From Hymenobacteraceae bacterium (lineage in GTDB: Bacteria > Bacteroidota > Bacteroidia > Cytophagales > Hymenobacteraceae): a stretch of DNA of 64,000 nucleotides. How positions within the stretch are numbered: position 1 is the stretch's first letter; the number at the start of each line of letters is the position of its first letter. Under the pieces are notes generated by a model that was not told the origin of the DNA, ran no database searches, and saw nothing but the letters and a program-made list of their open reading frames with translations. A program made the position numbers and the translations under genes. The stretch covers positions 4,273 to 68,272 of the forward strand of contig JANNMJ010000168.1 in assembly GCA_031397815.1 (NCBI GenBank). The letters run 5' to 3'. Of this stretch, positions 63,450 to 64,000 are shown in pieces.

Positions 63450-63518
63450 AAAAGATAAGGCGTTGAAAAGACGGAGAAAGATAGGGTTTCGTCGTCGGGA
63501 TACGGAAGCTCGCCGAGC

Positions 63519-63556
63519 ATCCTCACCCCCGGCCCCTCTCCAAAGGAGAGGGGAGC
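63519..63556. repeat. REP-A single copy
   Basis: atcctcacccccggcccctctccaaaggagaggggagc, between the sugar transferase and acetyltransferase genes. Confidence 0.8.
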
Positions 63557-63599
63557 CTTACAGGATGTTTTCGGATTACGAAACCGCGTCAGGCTTGCG

Positions 63600-64000
63600 C
63601 TACTCTTCGCCCCAAAATTCCGACATCGTAGCCTCTCCCCGCGCCGCTACACCCTGCGGACGAAGGATGCGGAGGACGGTCAGAAAGAGAATTTTCAGGT
63701 CGAGGCTGAGGGTGCAATGGTCGGCGTACCACGTATCGAGGGCTAGCTTTTCGGGCCACGAGAGGGCGTTGCGGCCGTTTACCTGCGCCCAGCCCGTGAT
63801 GCCGGGCCGCACCAGATGCCGCCGCGCCTGCGCCGCCGAGTAGCGCGGCAGGTAGCGCGGGAGCAGCGGCCGGGGGCCGACGAGGCTCATCTGCCCGCGC
63901 AGAACGTGCCAGAGCTGCGGCAGCTCATCGAGGGAAGTTTGCCGAATCAGGCGCCCGATGCGCGTCAGGCGGGCCGCGTCGGGCAGCAGCTCGCCGGTGA
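63600..64000 (-). CDS. bacterial sugar (undecaprenyl-phosphate hexose-1-phosphate) transferase, PglC/WbaP-like, 5' end outside window
   Basis: The frame stays open to the window edge. Hand translation upstream of the track's Met gives [30 protein letters not shown], then [12 protein letters not shown], the family signature. Confidence 0.85.
   Translation of the reverse strand, partial: TGELLPDAARLTRIGRLIRQTSLDELPQLWHVLRGQMSLVGPRPLLPRYLPRYSAAQARRHLVRPGITGWAQVNGRNALSWPEKLALDTWYADHCTLSLDLKILFLTVLRILRPQGVAARGEATMSEFWGEE

Overview
GC-rich chromosomal segment that looks like Bacteroidota, probably Cytophagia or Hymenobacter-like. That placement is an inference from T9SS C-terminal sorting domains, recurring TACCTTTG -7 promoter boxes, a long NusB, a short AtpC and rny-zapA synteny. 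It holds about 45 protein genes, mostly housekeeping: paaAB, thiL, nusB, leucine dehydrogenase, rny, zapA, typA, msrB, metG, pth-rplY-prs, purL and atpDC. There are two tRNAs (Ala-GGC, Gln-UUG) and six predicted T9SS cargo proteins, including a 1524-aa (MAM-like+CARDB)x4 protein and a 1222-aa protein with an ice-binding-like (DUF3494) N-terminus. There is also an Oar-like TonB-dependent receptor and the edge of a bacillosamine-type glycosylation cluster. I saw no rRNA, CRISPR, transposase, integrase or prophage genes. Worth a second look: (1) two unrelated 21-bp tandem arrays in intergenic DNA, one of 16 copies next to a Crp/Fnr regulator gene and one of 9 copies of overlapping palindromes upstream of an ABC exporter; (2) a G20/C20 homopolymer immediately 5' of the ice-binding-like T9SS operon, whose length sets the frame of a possible N-terminal extension; (3) a 533-aa protein whose C-terminus resembles a DisA_N/diadenylate cyclase domain, with DGA kept and RHR replaced by RYN; (4) a visibly lower-GC DUF262-DUF1524 (GmrSD-type) gene wedged after atpC; (5) a six-AT-hook protein; (6) three families of palindromic REP/MITE-like elements. 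None of these can be called a new system from sequence alone, and all functional readings are hypotheses. Many long ORFs in the track are antisense shadows typical of GC-rich DNA and were not called.
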